Shown one piece after another: positions 39,807 through 51,919 of a stretch of 64,000 bases of DNA. The stretch lies in the NCBI GenBank assembly GCA_964406445.1, contig CAYORU010000003.1, positions 107,293 through 171,292 of the forward strand. The letters run 5' to 3'. The position numbers and the translations under genes were made by a program. The notes beneath the pieces are model-generated. The model searched no databases. It saw only the letters and a program-made list of their open reading frames with translations, and was not told the DNA's origin. Each line of letters starts with the position of its first letter. Position 1 is the stretch's first letter. Source of the DNA: an uncultured Steroidobacteraceae bacterium (GTDB taxonomy: Bacteria; Pseudomonadota; Gammaproteobacteria; Steroidobacterales; Steroidobacteraceae).

Positions 39807-41204
39807 TCAGCGTCCCGGCAGGCGGACGGTGAGCTCCGCGCCGCCGAGCGGGCTGTCGCCGATCTCGAGGGTGCCGCCGTAGGCCGAGGCGATCTCGCGC
39901 GCAGCCGCGAGGCCAATGCCCTGCCCTGCCCGGCTCTCGTCGATCCGGACGCCGCGCTCGAGCGCACGGACACGGTCCGGCGGCGGGATGCCAGTGCCAT
40001 CGTCCTCGAAGGACAGCACCAGCCCGTCGCGGCGCCAGCTGGGCTCCCGCCAGGCGCGGGCCGCGATCCGCACGCGGCCCCTGCCGTACTTGAAGGCGTT
40101 GTCCGCGAGATTTCCGGCCAGTTCGAAGAGGTCGCCGCGCTCGATCGGATAGGCGAGCGCGGCCGCCGCGTCGAGTTCGCAGTCGAGCGCGCGGTCGCGG
40201 TAGACCTTGCCGAGCGCGCCGGCGAGTTCCTCGAGGACCGGCCGCACGGGTGTCGCCGCGAGCGTGGCGCCGGCGCCTGCGAGCACCGCCCGGCGCAGCT
40301 GGTGGTCGACGATGTCGCGCATCCGCGCGAGCTGTGGCTCGAGCGCGCGCCGGGTCTCGGGGTCGCGGTCCGCCAGGAAGCTCAGCATGGCCGCGAGCGG
40401 GGTCTTGAGGCTGTGCGCGAGGTTGCCGAGGGTATCGCGGTAACGCGCAAGGCGGCCGCGCTCGCCGGCGAGCAGGGCGTTCAGGCTGCCCGTGACGCCT
40501 GCGAGCTCGCGTGGCCAGCGGCCTTCCAGCTGCTCGCGCCGGCCCGCCTCGATCTCGGCGATCTGCGACTCGATGCGCCGAAGCGGCTTGAGGCCCGCAC
40601 GCAGGCCGAGGCCCAGCGCAACGGCGAGCAGCGCCATCAGCATGACGGCGCCGGCGGCGAGCCACCAGCGCAGCCGCGCGCGCTGCTCGAACCAGGGCTC
40701 GAGGCTCTCGGCGGCACTCAGGAAATAAGGCTGTCCCGTGCCGCTCGCCGTGGCCCAGCTGACGCCGAGGCTCAGGGCCAGAACGCGGGTGCCGTCCGGC
40801 AGCGTCACGGTCTGCACGCTGCGTTCGCCGGGCGCCGGCCTGGCCGACACAGCAAGGCCGCTGCCCACGCTCGACGGCGACCGCCAGGTCACGGCGCCGG
40901 CGTCGTCGCGGATTTCGGCGAAGAGTCCGGAGCCGGGCGTCGACAGCCTCGCCTCGGCCGGGCTCGGCGCGGTGAGCACCCCGTCCGCGCCGATCTCGGC
41001 GGAGGCCACCAGCGCGAGCACCTGCGCGTCGAGCACCGAGCGGCGCGCGTCGAGCGTCACCCGGCCGAGCGCGGCGTCGAGGGCAATGGCGGCGAGCCCG
41101 GACAGCACGACCGACAGCGCCGCGAGTCCGAGCACGAGGCGGACCACGAGGGACGGCGCCCGCGTGGCGGCGGCGGGAGTGGTGGAATCCTGGCCTGGGG
41201 ACAC
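39807..41204 (-). CDS. Sensor histidine kinase (PhoQ/RstB-like)
   Basis: Periplasmic loop between two TMs. H-box LAHSLKTPLAAM, NLADNAFKYG, EDDGTGIPP, GQGIGLAAAREIA. Confidence 0.9.
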   Translation of the reverse strand: MSPGQDSTTPAAATRAPSLVVRLVLGLAALSVVLSGLAAIALDAALGRVTLDARRSVLDAQVLALVASAEIGADGVLTAPSPAEARLSTPGSGLFAEIRDDAGAVTWRSPSSVGSGLAVSARPAPGERSVQTVTLPDGTRVLALSLGVSWATASGTGQPYFLSAAESLEPWFEQRARLRWWLAAGAVMLMALLAVALGLGLRAGLKPLRRIESQIAEIEAGRREQLEGRWPRELAGVTGSLNALLAGERGRLARYRDTLGNLAHSLKTPLAAMLSFLADRDPETRRALEPQLARMRDIVDHQLRRAVLAGAGATLAATPVRPVLEELAGALGKVYRDRALDCELDAAAALAYPIERGDLFELAGNLADNAFKYGRGRVRIAARAWREPSWRRDGLVLSFEDDGTGIPPPDRVRALERGVRIDESRAGQGIGLAAAREIASAYGGTLEIGDSPLGGAELTVRLPGR

Positions 41205-41230
41205 GCGTCGCGCCGGCGGCTGGCGGGACG

Positions 41231-41902
41231 TCAGTCGCGGGCCATGCGGTAGCCGCGACCGCGCAGCGTCTCGATCGGCTGGCGCGTGCCGTCGGGATCC
41301 AGCTTCTTGCGCAGCCGGCCGACGAAGACCTCGATGACGTTGCTGTCGCGCTCGAAGTCCTGCTCGTAGAGCTTGTCGGTGAGCTCGGTCTTGGAGACGA
41401 CCTGGCCGGCACGCAGCATCAGGTACTCGAGCAGGCGGTACTCGAAGGCGGTCAGCTCGACGTCTTCGCCGGCCACCCTCACCTGCTGGGCGCGGGTGTC
41501 GAGCTCGACCTGGCCACTGCGCAGGAGCGGCTGCGACCAGCCGCCGCTGCGCCGGAGCAGGGCCTGCAGCCGGGCCAGCACCTCCTCGAACTGGAACGGC
41601 TTGGTGACGTAGTCGTCGGCGCCGGACTGCAGTGCCTCGACCTTTTCCTGCCAGCGGTCGCGGGCGGTGAGCACGAGCACGGGAAAGGCCTTGCCGGCGC
41701 CGCGCCAGGCGCGGATCACCTCGAGGCCGGAACGCCCGGGCAGGCCGAGGTCGACGACGGCGACGTCGATCGGGTACTCGCGGCCGGCGAATTCGCCCTC
41801 GACCCCGTCGGCCGCCTCGTCGACGACGAAGCCCTCGCCGCGCAGCCGCTGCACCAGCGACTCGCGCAGCGCAGGCTCGTCCTCGAGCACCAGCGCCCTC
41901 AA
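41231..41902 (-). CDS. OmpR/PhoP-family response regulator
   Basis: MRALVLEDEPALR...VAVVDLGLPGRSGLEVIRAWR...IETLRGRGYRM. Confidence 0.9.
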   Translation of the reverse strand: MRALVLEDEPALRESLVQRLRGEGFVVDEAADGVEGEFAGREYPIDVAVVDLGLPGRSGLEVIRAWRGAGKAFPVLVLTARDRWQEKVEALQSGADDYVTKPFQFEEVLARLQALLRRSGGWSQPLLRSGQVELDTRAQQVRVAGEDVELTAFEYRLLEYLMLRAGQVVSKTELTDKLYEQDFERDSNVIEVFVGRLRKKLDPDGTRQPIETLRGRGYRMARD

Positions 41903-41906
41903 GCGA

Positions 41907-42206
41907 TTACTCCACGTCGCCGCTGGCCGCGTCGACGGTGACGTCGAACACCCGGCCGTCGGCGCCGAGCAGCCGGATTCGGTACACGGTGCGGCCGTCG
42001 CGGCGGTCCCGTTCGGCGCGCACGGCGCGGGCCTTGTACTGGCGCTCGACGCGGGCCACCGCCTGGTCGAGGCTCAGGCCCGGCTCGGCGTGGGCCCGGG
42101 CCGATCCACGCCCGCGATCCGGACCGGCGAATGCCTCGGCCGCCGGCCAGCCTGCGAGCGCCACCAGCAGCATGCCAATCGCCAGCGAACTCACGGGGGC
42201 CTTCAT
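41907..42206 (-). CDS. PepSY domain-containing secreted protein
   Basis: Signal peptide MKAPVSSLAIGMLLVALAGWPAAEA, then LSLDQAVARVERQYKARAVRAE...GRTVYRIRLLGADGRVFDVTVDAASG (PepSY pattern). Confidence 0.75.
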   Translation of the reverse strand: MKAPVSSLAIGMLLVALAGWPAAEAFAGPDRGRGSARAHAEPGLSLDQAVARVERQYKARAVRAERDRRDGRTVYRIRLLGADGRVFDVTVDAASGDVE

Positions 42207-42261
42207 GGCGCGCATTGTAGGGCATCCGGGCATGAACCGGCCCTGAACACCCGCGCCCGGC

Positions 42262-43044
42262 TCACCCCTCGCCGCCTTCCGACTTGGCTTCCTGCCACCA
42301 GGTCTCCAGCCGCTCTAGCTCCGCGCCCGGGGCGCCGGTCTCGGCAAGGCGCCGCTCGACGTGGCGGAACCGGCGGGCGAAGCGCGCGTTCGCGCCCCTC
42401 AGCGCCGTCTCCGGATCGACGCCGTGGTGGCGCGCGAGATTCGCCACGGAGAACAGCAGATCGCCGAGTTCCGCCTCGATCCGCTCCCGAGGCCCACCCT
42501 CTGCGAGCGCGGCATCGAGTTCCGCGAGTTCCTCGTCCACCTTCGCTCGCGGGCCGGACGCGTCCGGCCAGTCGAAGCCGATCCGCGCTGCGCGCCGCCC
42601 GTACTTGTCGGCACGGGTCAGCGCCGGCAGGCCCACCGGGACGTCGTCGAGCAGGCCGCCGGCCTCGCCCCGCGCCGCCTTCTCGGCGGCCTTGATGGCC
42701 TCCCAGGAGCGCGTCTGCTCGGCTGCCGTCTCCACCTTCGCCTCGCCGAACACGTGCGGGTGGCGCCGCAACAGCTTGTCGCAGATCGCCTCGGCCACGT
42801 CCTCGAAGTCGAAGGCGCCGCGCTCGCGGGCCATCTGCGCGTGGAACACCACCTGCAGCAGCAGGTCGCCGAGCTCCTCCCGCAGCGCGCCGAGGTCGCC
42901 CCGCTCGATCGCGTCGGCCACCTCGTAGGCCTCCTCGAGCGTGTAGGGCGCGACGCTCGCGAAGTCCTGCTCGAGGTCCCAGGGGCAGCCGCGCTCGGGG
43001 TCGCGCAACCTCGCCATGATCTCGATCAGCCGCTCGACCGCCAA
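42262..43044 (-). CDS. mazG: Nucleoside triphosphate pyrophosphohydrolase MazG
   Basis: Two MazG domains: APYTLEEAYEVADAIERGD...LREELGDLLLQVVFHAQMA, and a second EELAE..A...IE.ELGDLLFSVANLARH. Confidence 0.9.
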   Translation of the reverse strand: MAVERLIEIMARLRDPERGCPWDLEQDFASVAPYTLEEAYEVADAIERGDLGALREELGDLLLQVVFHAQMARERGAFDFEDVAEAICDKLLRRHPHVFGEAKVETAAEQTRSWEAIKAAEKAARGEAGGLLDDVPVGLPALTRADKYGRRAARIGFDWPDASGPRAKVDEELAELDAALAEGGPRERIEAELGDLLFSVANLARHHGVDPETALRGANARFARRFRHVERRLAETGAPGAELERLETWWQEAKSEGGEG

Positions 43045-43047
43045 GGT

Positions 43048-43713
43048 TCAGTCCTCCTCCAGCAGTTGCCTGAGCGTCAGCAGCATGCCTGCAGTCGCGC
43101 CCCAGATGTTCCTGTCGGACCACGGCAGATCATAGGCGACCAGCTCCAGCTCGCCGAACTTGCGAACCCGCGGCACGTGGGTACGCGGATCGAACAGGTG
43201 CCGCAGCGGCGCCTCGAAGGCGCTCGCGACCTCGGTCACGTCGAGCGTCAGGCTGAAGCCCGGCCGGACCAGCGCCACGATCGGTGTGACCTGGTAGCCG
43301 CTGATGATGATGTGGTCCGGCAGCCGGCCGACGATTTCGATGAACTCGCGCGTGAGGCCGATCTCCTCCTCCGTCTCGCGCAGTGCGGCGGACTCAGGAT
43401 CAGCGTCGCCGGGCTCGAGCCGCCCGCCCGGGAAGGAAATCTGGCCGGGGTGGTTCTTGAGCGCCGCCGCGCGCTCGGTCAGGAGCACCGTCAACTCGTC
43501 GCCGCGGTCGACGAGCGGTACCAGCACTGCGGCGGGCGTCGGCCTCGGCGGAAACAGCGGGCGGATGCGTGCGGTCACCTCCGGCGGGAACGGCCCGATC
43601 CGGAGTTCGCCCCCGTAGTCCCGCCGGCCCGAGAGCCGCTCGCGCACGCGCGCACGCAGCTGCGCCACCGACAGCTCGTGCAGCGGCGAAGCGGCGACCG
43701 CCGGCTCGGTCAC
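43048..43713 (-). CDS. CoA pyrophosphatase (NUDIX, NudL-like)
   Basis: LLTERAAALKNHPGQISFPGGRLEPGDADPESAALRETEEEIGL (CoA-ase upstream motif plus Nudix box). Confidence 0.85.
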   Translation of the reverse strand: MTEPAVAASPLHELSVAQLRARVRERLSGRRDYGGELRIGPFPPEVTARIRPLFPPRPTPAAVLVPLVDRGDELTVLLTERAAALKNHPGQISFPGGRLEPGDADPESAALRETEEEIGLTREFIEIVGRLPDHIIISGYQVTPIVALVRPGFSLTLDVTEVASAFEAPLRHLFDPRTHVPRVRKFGELELVAYDLPWSDRNIWGATAGMLLTLRQLLEED

Positions 43714-45104
43714 TTCGCCCGCCCGGGGCCGCCGCCGGCGAGCTGCGCCGGATCCAGCAGCCTGGCCAGCTCCTCGCGGGGCAGGTCCGTCATCTCGACG
43801 GCGACGTCCAGGATCGGGCGATTCTCGCGCCGCGCAAGCTTGGCGATCTCGGCCGCGCGGTCATAGCCGATGCGCGGATTGAGCGCGGTGACCAGCATGG
43901 GATTGCGCGACAGCGCCGCCTCGAGCCGGGCCGGGTCGACCTCGAGCCCGGCCAGCGCCCGCTCGGCGAGCGCGGTTGCCGCCGCTGCGAGCAGCGCCTC
44001 GCTCTCGAGCAGCCGGTCGGCGACGAGCGGCAGCATGGTGTTGAGCTGGAAGCGTCCGGACTGGCCCGCGAGCGCGATCGATGCGTCGTTGCCGACGATC
44101 GCCGCGACCACCATCTCGACCGCCTCGGGAATCACCGGGTTGACCTTGCCGGGCATGATGCTCGAGCCCGGCTGCAGTTCGGGCAGGCGGACCTCGCCAA
44201 GCCCCGCGAGCGGGCCGGAATTCATCCAGCGCAGGTCGCCGGCGATCTTCGCGAGCACCAGCGCCGCCCCGCGCAGCTGTGCCGAGAGTTCCACCGCCGT
44301 GTCCTGGGCCGCGATCGCGGCGAAACGGTCCTCGGCAGCGGCGAAGGCGAGCCCGGTCCTGGCCGCGAGTTCCTCGGCGACCGCCTCGCCGAAGCCCGGC
44401 GGCGCGTTGAGGCCGGTGCCGACCGCCGTGCCGCCCTGCGCGAGGCGCAACAGCCGAGGCAGGACCGATTCCAGGCGCGCGACCGCCGCATCCACCTGGC
44501 TGCGCCAGGCGCCGAATTCCTGCGCGAGCGTCACCGGCACCGCGTCCATCAGGTGCGTGCGGCCGGTCTTGACGTGCCGGCCGTGGCGCTCGATGCAGTC
44601 GCCGAGCGTTGCCGACAGCTGGCGCAGCGCGGGCAACACGCCCACGGCCAGGACCTCGGCTGCCGCGACGTGGATCGCCGTCGGGATGGTGTCGTTGCTG
44701 CTCTGCGAGCGGTTGACGTCGTCGTTGGGGTGCACGGCCCGGCCGAGGCGGCGCGCCGCGAGCGCGGCGATCACCTCGTTGGCGTTCATGTTGCTGCTGG
44801 TGCCGGAACCGGTCTGGAACACGTCGACCGGGAACTCGGTGTCGTGGCGGCCTTCGGCGACCTCCTCCGCGGCCGTGGCGATGGCCTCGGCGAGCGCCGG
44901 CTCCAGTCCGCCGATCCGCGCGTTGACCCGCGCCGCCGCCCACTTGATCCGCCCGAGTGCATGGATGAACTCGGGGCGCATCGGCCGGCCCGAGATCCGG
45001 AAGTTCTCGACCGCGCGCTGGGTCTGCGCGCCCCACAGCGCCTCGGCCGGGAGCCTGAGCTCGCCGAGGGCGTCGCGTTCCGTCCGGTGGCGTCGGTCTT
45101 CCAT
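43710..45104 (-). CDS. fumC: Class II fumarate hydratase
   Basis: LWGAQTQRAVENFRIS, FQTGSGTSSNMNANEV, VHPNDDVNRSQSSNDTIPTA and GSSIMPGKVNP. Matches FumC rather than AspA signatures. Confidence 0.9.
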   Translation of the reverse strand: MEDRRHRTERDALGELRLPAEALWGAQTQRAVENFRISGRPMRPEFIHALGRIKWAAARVNARIGGLEPALAEAIATAAEEVAEGRHDTEFPVDVFQTGSGTSSNMNANEVIAALAARRLGRAVHPNDDVNRSQSSNDTIPTAIHVAAAEVLAVGVLPALRQLSATLGDCIERHGRHVKTGRTHLMDAVPVTLAQEFGAWRSQVDAAVARLESVLPRLLRLAQGGTAVGTGLNAPPGFGEAVAEELAARTGLAFAAAEDRFAAIAAQDTAVELSAQLRGAALVLAKIAGDLRWMNSGPLAGLGEVRLPELQPGSSIMPGKVNPVIPEAVEMVVAAIVGNDASIALAGQSGRFQLNTMLPLVADRLLESEALLAAAATALAERALAGLEVDPARLEAALSRNPMLVTALNPRIGYDRAAEIAKLARRENRPILDVAVEMTDLPREELARLLDPAQLAGGGPGRAK

Positions 45105-45198
45105 GCGGGGTCGACAAGCCGGCCGGCGGCATCCGCTGCCATCGGCCCGGTCTCCGGTTCGGGTAACATTCGCAGTTTACCACCGCCGGCCCGACCCG

Positions 45199-46566
45199 AT
45201 GTCCGACGCCCGCCTGCACGCGCTCTCTCCGCTCGACGGCCGCTACGCCGCCCAGCTCGCCGACGTGGCCGGCCTGTTCAGCGAGGCCGCGCTGATCCGC
45301 TACCGGGTTCGCGTCGAGGCGCGCTGGTTACAGCATCTTGCCGGGCCGGCGGCGCTGCCCGAGCTCGCCCGCCTGCCGAGTGCGGTGAAGGCGGAGCTCG
45401 AGTCGCTCGCCGCGGGGGTCGACGACGCCGGCAGCCAGCGCGTCAAGGCGATCGAGGCGACCACCAACCACGACGTCAAGGCGGTCGAATACTACGTCCG
45501 CGAGCGCCTCGCCGCGGCTGGCGCCCGGCCCGCCGAGCTCGAGTTCGTGCACTTCGCCTGCACGTCCGAGGACGTCAACAACCTCTGCTACGCGCTGATG
45601 CTCAGGGACGCCCGCGAGCAACTGCTGCTGCCGCTCGTAGACCGACTGGTGGCGAAACTGCGGCAGCTCGCACACGAGACGGCGGAGCTGCCGATGCTCT
45701 CGCGCACGCACGGCCAGCCGGCGAGCCCCACCACCCTCGGCAAGGAGCTCGCCAACGTCGTCGCCCGCCTGCGCCGAGCACGCGCGTGCTTCGCCGCGGT
45801 CGAGGTGCTGGGCAAGTTGAACGGCGCAGTCGGCAACTACAACGCGCATGCCTGCGCCTATCCGGACCTCGACTGGCCGGTGATCGGCCGCGGCTTCGTC
45901 GAGTCGCTCGGCCTCGCGCACAATCCCTACACCACGCAGATCGAGCCACACGACTGGATCGCGGAGTATTCCGACGCCCTCGCCAGGCTGCTGACCGTGC
46001 TCATCGACCTGTGCCGCGACACCTGGGGCTACATCTCGCTCGGCCACTTCCGCCAGCGGGCGGTGGCCGGCGAGGTGGGCTCTTCGACCATGCCGCACAA
46101 GGTCAACCCGATCGACTTCGAGAACGCGGAGGGCAACGCCGGCGTCGCGCACGCGCTGCTCGCCCACTTCTCGGCGAAACTGCCAATCTCGCGCTGGCAG
46201 CGCGACCTCACCGACTCCACCGTTCTGCGCAACCTCGGCGTCGCCGCCGGCCACGCCGTGCTCGCGCTGCGCTCGACGCTGCGCGGGCTCGGCAAGCTCG
46301 AGCCCGACCCGGCGAGCCTCGCGCGCGACCTCGACGCGCACTGGGAGGTGCTGGCCGAGGCGATCCAGACGGTGATGCGCCGCCACGGCACGCCCGACGC
46401 CTACGAGCGGCTCAAGGAATTCACCCGCGGCCGCGACGTGGGCAGCGACGAGCTCAGGCAGTTCGTCGCCGCGCTCGGGCTTCCGGCCGAGGCCACCGAG
46501 CGGCTCGCGTCGCTCACGCCCGACCGCTACCTCGGCCTCGCCGCCAGGCTGGCGCGCGAGATCTGA
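45199..46566 (+). CDS. purB: Adenylosuccinate lyase
   Basis: 455 aa, with LSPLDGRYAAQ... and GSSTMPHKVNPIDFEN. This is only the 3' part of a long read-through track ORF. Confidence 0.95.
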   Translation: MSDARLHALSPLDGRYAAQLADVAGLFSEAALIRYRVRVEARWLQHLAGPAALPELARLPSAVKAELESLAAGVDDAGSQRVKAIEATTNHDVKAVEYYVRERLAAAGARPAELEFVHFACTSEDVNNLCYALMLRDAREQLLLPLVDRLVAKLRQLAHETAELPMLSRTHGQPASPTTLGKELANVVARLRRARACFAAVEVLGKLNGAVGNYNAHACAYPDLDWPVIGRGFVESLGLAHNPYTTQIEPHDWIAEYSDALARLLTVLIDLCRDTWGYISLGHFRQRAVAGEVGSSTMPHKVNPIDFENAEGNAGVAHALLAHFSAKLPISRWQRDLTDSTVLRNLGVAAGHAVLALRSTLRGLGKLEPDPASLARDLDAHWEVLAEAIQTVMRRHGTPDAYERLKEFTRGRDVGSDELRQFVAALGLPAEATERLASLTPDRYLGLAARLAREI

Positions 46567-46574
46567 GCACCGCG

Positions 46575-47000
46575 ATGGATACGGTCGAGGTGGTACTGAC
46601 GACCTGGAGCACCGACCGCACCGCGCTGCGGCAGGTGCGCCGCGAGGTCTTCATCGTCGAGCAATCCGTGCCCGAGGAGCTGGAGTGGGACGACGACGAC
46701 CCGGTCAGCGTCCACGCCCTGGCCACCCTGAACCGTGAACCAGTCGGCACGGGGCGCCTGACGCCGGCCGGTAAGATCGGTCGCGTAGCGGTGTGCCAGC
46801 GTTGCCGGGGCTCGGGCCTCGGCCTGAGGATCATGAAGCTGCTGCTGGATGCAGCCCGCCGCCGCGGCCTGGCCGCCGTCGCCCTGAACGCGCAGGTGGC
46901 GGCCATGCCGTTCTACGAGAAGCTTGGCTTCAGGGCCGAGGGCCAGGTGTTCGACGAGGCCGGCATCCCGCACCGGACGATGAGGATGCCGCTGGGGTGA
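46575..47000 (+). CDS. GNAT family N-acetyltransferase
   Basis: 141 aa, with the acetyl-CoA motif VAVCQRCRGSGLGLRIMKLLLDAARRRG...FYEKLGFRAEG. Confidence 0.85.
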   Translation: MDTVEVVLTTWSTDRTALRQVRREVFIVEQSVPEELEWDDDDPVSVHALATLNREPVGTGRLTPAGKIGRVAVCQRCRGSGLGLRIMKLLLDAARRRGLAAVALNAQVAAMPFYEKLGFRAEGQVFDEAGIPHRTMRMPLG

Positions 47001-47004
47001 AATC

Positions 47005-47511
47005 GTGCTCCCTGACCGGCGTGACGACCAAGGCGATGCCCGCGAGATCCTGACCTCGCTCGAGGAGGTCCAGGCCGCGACCCTGCGCATCGCCTCCGCC
47101 ACCAAGCGCATCATGACCATGTACACGCCGGACCTCGAACCGGTGCTGTACGACCAGCCGAAGTTCCTCGACACGGTCAAGCGCCTCGTGCTGGCGAGCG
47201 GCTACGCCAAGGTGCGCGTGCTGCTGTCCGACCCCGCGCGCGCCCTCTACGAGAGCTCCCGCTTCATCACGCTCGCACGGCGCATCACGAGCTACATCGA
47301 GGTCCGCCACCTCGACCCGCGCTACCGCGAGCAGCAATCCGCCTTCCTGATCGGCGACGACCGCGCCGTGCTGTACCGGCTAGACGCGAAGCGCTGGGAC
47401 GGCATCTACCACCCGGGTGACCCCGGCATCGCCCGCCCCTACCTCGACTACTTCAACGAGGCCTGGGACGCGAGCGACCCGGACGCCGAGACCCGCCAGC
47501 GCCGCCTCTGA
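47005..47511 (+). CDS. Conserved-looking hypothetical protein (weak resemblance to a PLD-like fold with a degenerate HKD motif)
   Basis: ASATKRIMTMYTPDL....FLDTVKRLVLASGYAKVRVLLSD and SAFLIGDDRAVLY recall the PLD/Nuc repeat layout, but no H-x-K-x4-D is present. GTG start. Coding-like GC3. Confidence 0.5.
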   Translation: MLPDRRDDQGDAREILTSLEEVQAATLRIASATKRIMTMYTPDLEPVLYDQPKFLDTVKRLVLASGYAKVRVLLSDPARALYESSRFITLARRITSYIEVRHLDPRYREQQSAFLIGDDRAVLYRLDAKRWDGIYHPGDPGIARPYLDYFNEAWDASDPDAETRQRRL

Positions 47512-47552
47512 GCCCCGCCGGCCTCCGGCCGGCCGCCCCGTATAATGCCGGG

Positions 47553-48023
47553 ATGAGCTTCCGGCCCTCCGTCACCGTCGCCGCCGTGATCGAGCGCGGC
47601 GGCCGCTTCCTGATGGTCGAGGAGCAGGTAGGCGGGCGGCGGGTCCTCAACCAGCCCGCCGGGCACCTCGAGGCGGGCGAGTCCCTCGTCGATGCCGCGG
47701 TGCGCGAGGCCCGCGAGGAGACCGGCCGGCCGTTCGTGCCGGCGGCCGTCGTCGGCCTGTACCTCTGGCACGGCGCAGTGGACCGCCCGGCCTACCTGCG
47801 CATCGCGTTCTGCGGCGAGGCCGGCGAGCGCACGCCCGGCGCCACGCTCGACCCGGAGATCGTCGGCTGCCACTGGCTGAGCCGCGAGGATCTGCTTGCG
47901 CGAAGGGCCGACCTGAGAAGCCCCCTGGTGCTGCGCTGCGTGGACGATTACCTCGCCGGCCATCGGCATCCCCTGTCGCTGCTGGCCAGCTTCGCCGCCG
48001 CCGCGCCGCTCGCGCCGGGCTGA
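47553..48023 (+). CDS. NUDIX hydrolase (NudJ-like position upstream of mnmA)
   Basis: Nudix box in PAGHLEAGESLVDAAVREAREETG. Confidence 0.85.
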   Translation: MSFRPSVTVAAVIERGGRFLMVEEQVGGRRVLNQPAGHLEAGESLVDAAVREAREETGRPFVPAAVVGLYLWHGAVDRPAYLRIAFCGEAGERTPGATLDPEIVGCHWLSREDLLARRADLRSPLVLRCVDDYLAGHRHPLSLLASFAAAAPLAPG

Positions 48024-48026
48024 AGC

Positions 48027-49145
48027 GTGGCCGGGCGCGTCATCGTCGCGATGTCCGGCGGCGTCGACTCCTCGGTCGCCGCGCTCACGTTGCTGCGCGC
48101 CGGCCGTGAGGTGCAGGGCCTGTTCATGTCGAACTGGGAGGAGGACGAGGACGGCTACTGCACCTCGGCCGAGGACTTCCAGGACGCGCGCCGCGTCACG
48201 GAGGAACTCGGCATCCCGCTGCACCGCGTCAGCTTCGCGCGCGAGTACCGCGACCAGGTCTTCCGCCATTTCCTAGACGAATACGCCGCAGGCCGCACGC
48301 CGAACCCGGACGTGCTCTGCAACCGCGAGATCAAGTTCGGCGTCTGCCTCGCCTATGCAAGGCGGCTCGGCGCGGCGCGCTTCGCGACCGGCCACTACGC
48401 GCGCATCGGCCGCGGCCCGGACGGCCCGACGCTGCTGCGCGCCGCCGACCGCGGCAAGGACCAGTCCTACTTCCTCCACGCCGTCGACCGCGCGGCGCTT
48501 TCGATCAGCGAGTTCCCGGTCGGCGAGCTGCCGAAGGACGAGGTCCGCGAGCGGGCCCGCCAGGCGGGCCTGCCGGTCTTCGCCAAGCGCGACTCGACCG
48601 GGATCTGCTTCATCGGCGAGCGGCCGTTCCGCCGTTTCCTGGAAGGCTACCTGCCCGCCCAGCCCGGCCCCATCGAGACGGATGAGGGCGAGGTCGTCGG
48701 CGAGCACGGCGGGCTCATGTACTACACGCTCGGCCAGCGTGCCGGGCTCGGCATCGGGGGGCGGCGAGGCGCGCTCGATGCGCCGTGGTACGTCGCGGCC
48801 AAGGATCTCGCGCGCAACGCGCTCGTCGTCGTGCAGGATGCGGCGCATCCACTCTTGATGAGCGTGGGCCTCGAGGCCGAGCAGGTCCACTGGATCGCAG
48901 GCGACCCACCCGACGCGCGTGTCGCCTGCGCGGTGCAGGTCCGCTACCGCCAGCCGCCGCAGGCCTGCGTCGTGACGATCGAAGGCACGGATCGCGCGCG
49001 GGTCGCCTTCGAGAAGCCGCAGCGCGCCGTGACGCCCGGCCAGTACGCGGTCTTCTACGACGGCGACCGCTGCCTCGGCGGCGGCGTGATCGCCGCGGCC
49101 AGGATCGGCCTCGCCGGCCGCCCGCCTCGCGCCGCCACGGCCTGA
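48027..49145 (+). CDS. mnmA: tRNA 2-thiouridine(34) synthase MnmA
   Basis: [15 protein letters not shown] (PP-loop), [14 protein letters not shown], and DQSYFL. Confidence 0.95.
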   Translation: MAGRVIVAMSGGVDSSVAALTLLRAGREVQGLFMSNWEEDEDGYCTSAEDFQDARRVTEELGIPLHRVSFAREYRDQVFRHFLDEYAAGRTPNPDVLCNREIKFGVCLAYARRLGAARFATGHYARIGRGPDGPTLLRAADRGKDQSYFLHAVDRAALSISEFPVGELPKDEVRERARQAGLPVFAKRDSTGICFIGERPFRRFLEGYLPAQPGPIETDEGEVVGEHGGLMYYTLGQRAGLGIGGRRGALDAPWYVAAKDLARNALVVVQDAAHPLLMSVGLEAEQVHWIAGDPPDARVACAVQVRYRQPPQACVVTIEGTDRARVAFEKPQRAVTPGQYAVFYDGDRCLGGGVIAAARIGLAGRPPRAATA

Positions 49146-49225
49146 CGCGCTATGATTCGCAGGTTTTCCCGCTCCCATTCCCCGGCCGTCGCCCCAGACC
49201 GCGGCGGTCCACCGCGGAGGATTCG

Positions 49226-51910
<2,685 letters not shown>

Positions 51911-51919
51911 GCCCCGGCG

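Noticed and set aside
36582-41252. 1556-aa plus-strand ORF, the longest in the track
   Set aside because: It lies antisense to hrpA, the histidine kinase and the response regulator, all of which have unmistakable motifs. Its translation is Arg/Ala/Gly/Pro-rich low-complexity sequence typical of stop-free antisense frames in high-GC DNA.
43569-47000. 1143-aa and 898-aa plus-strand ORFs (43569..47000, 43870..46566) spanning the fumC region
   Set aside because: Only their 3' parts are real (GNAT 46575-47000; purB 45199-46566). The 5' parts are antisense to fumC and nudL and are low-complexity.
46575-47511. GNAT plus downstream small protein as a GNAT-toxin/antitoxin pair
   Set aside because: Known GNAT toxins are preceded by an RHH or Xre antitoxin gene. 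The partner here lies downstream, is larger than the GNAT, and has no DNA-binding motif. The GNAT next to purB looks like conserved housekeeping synteny.
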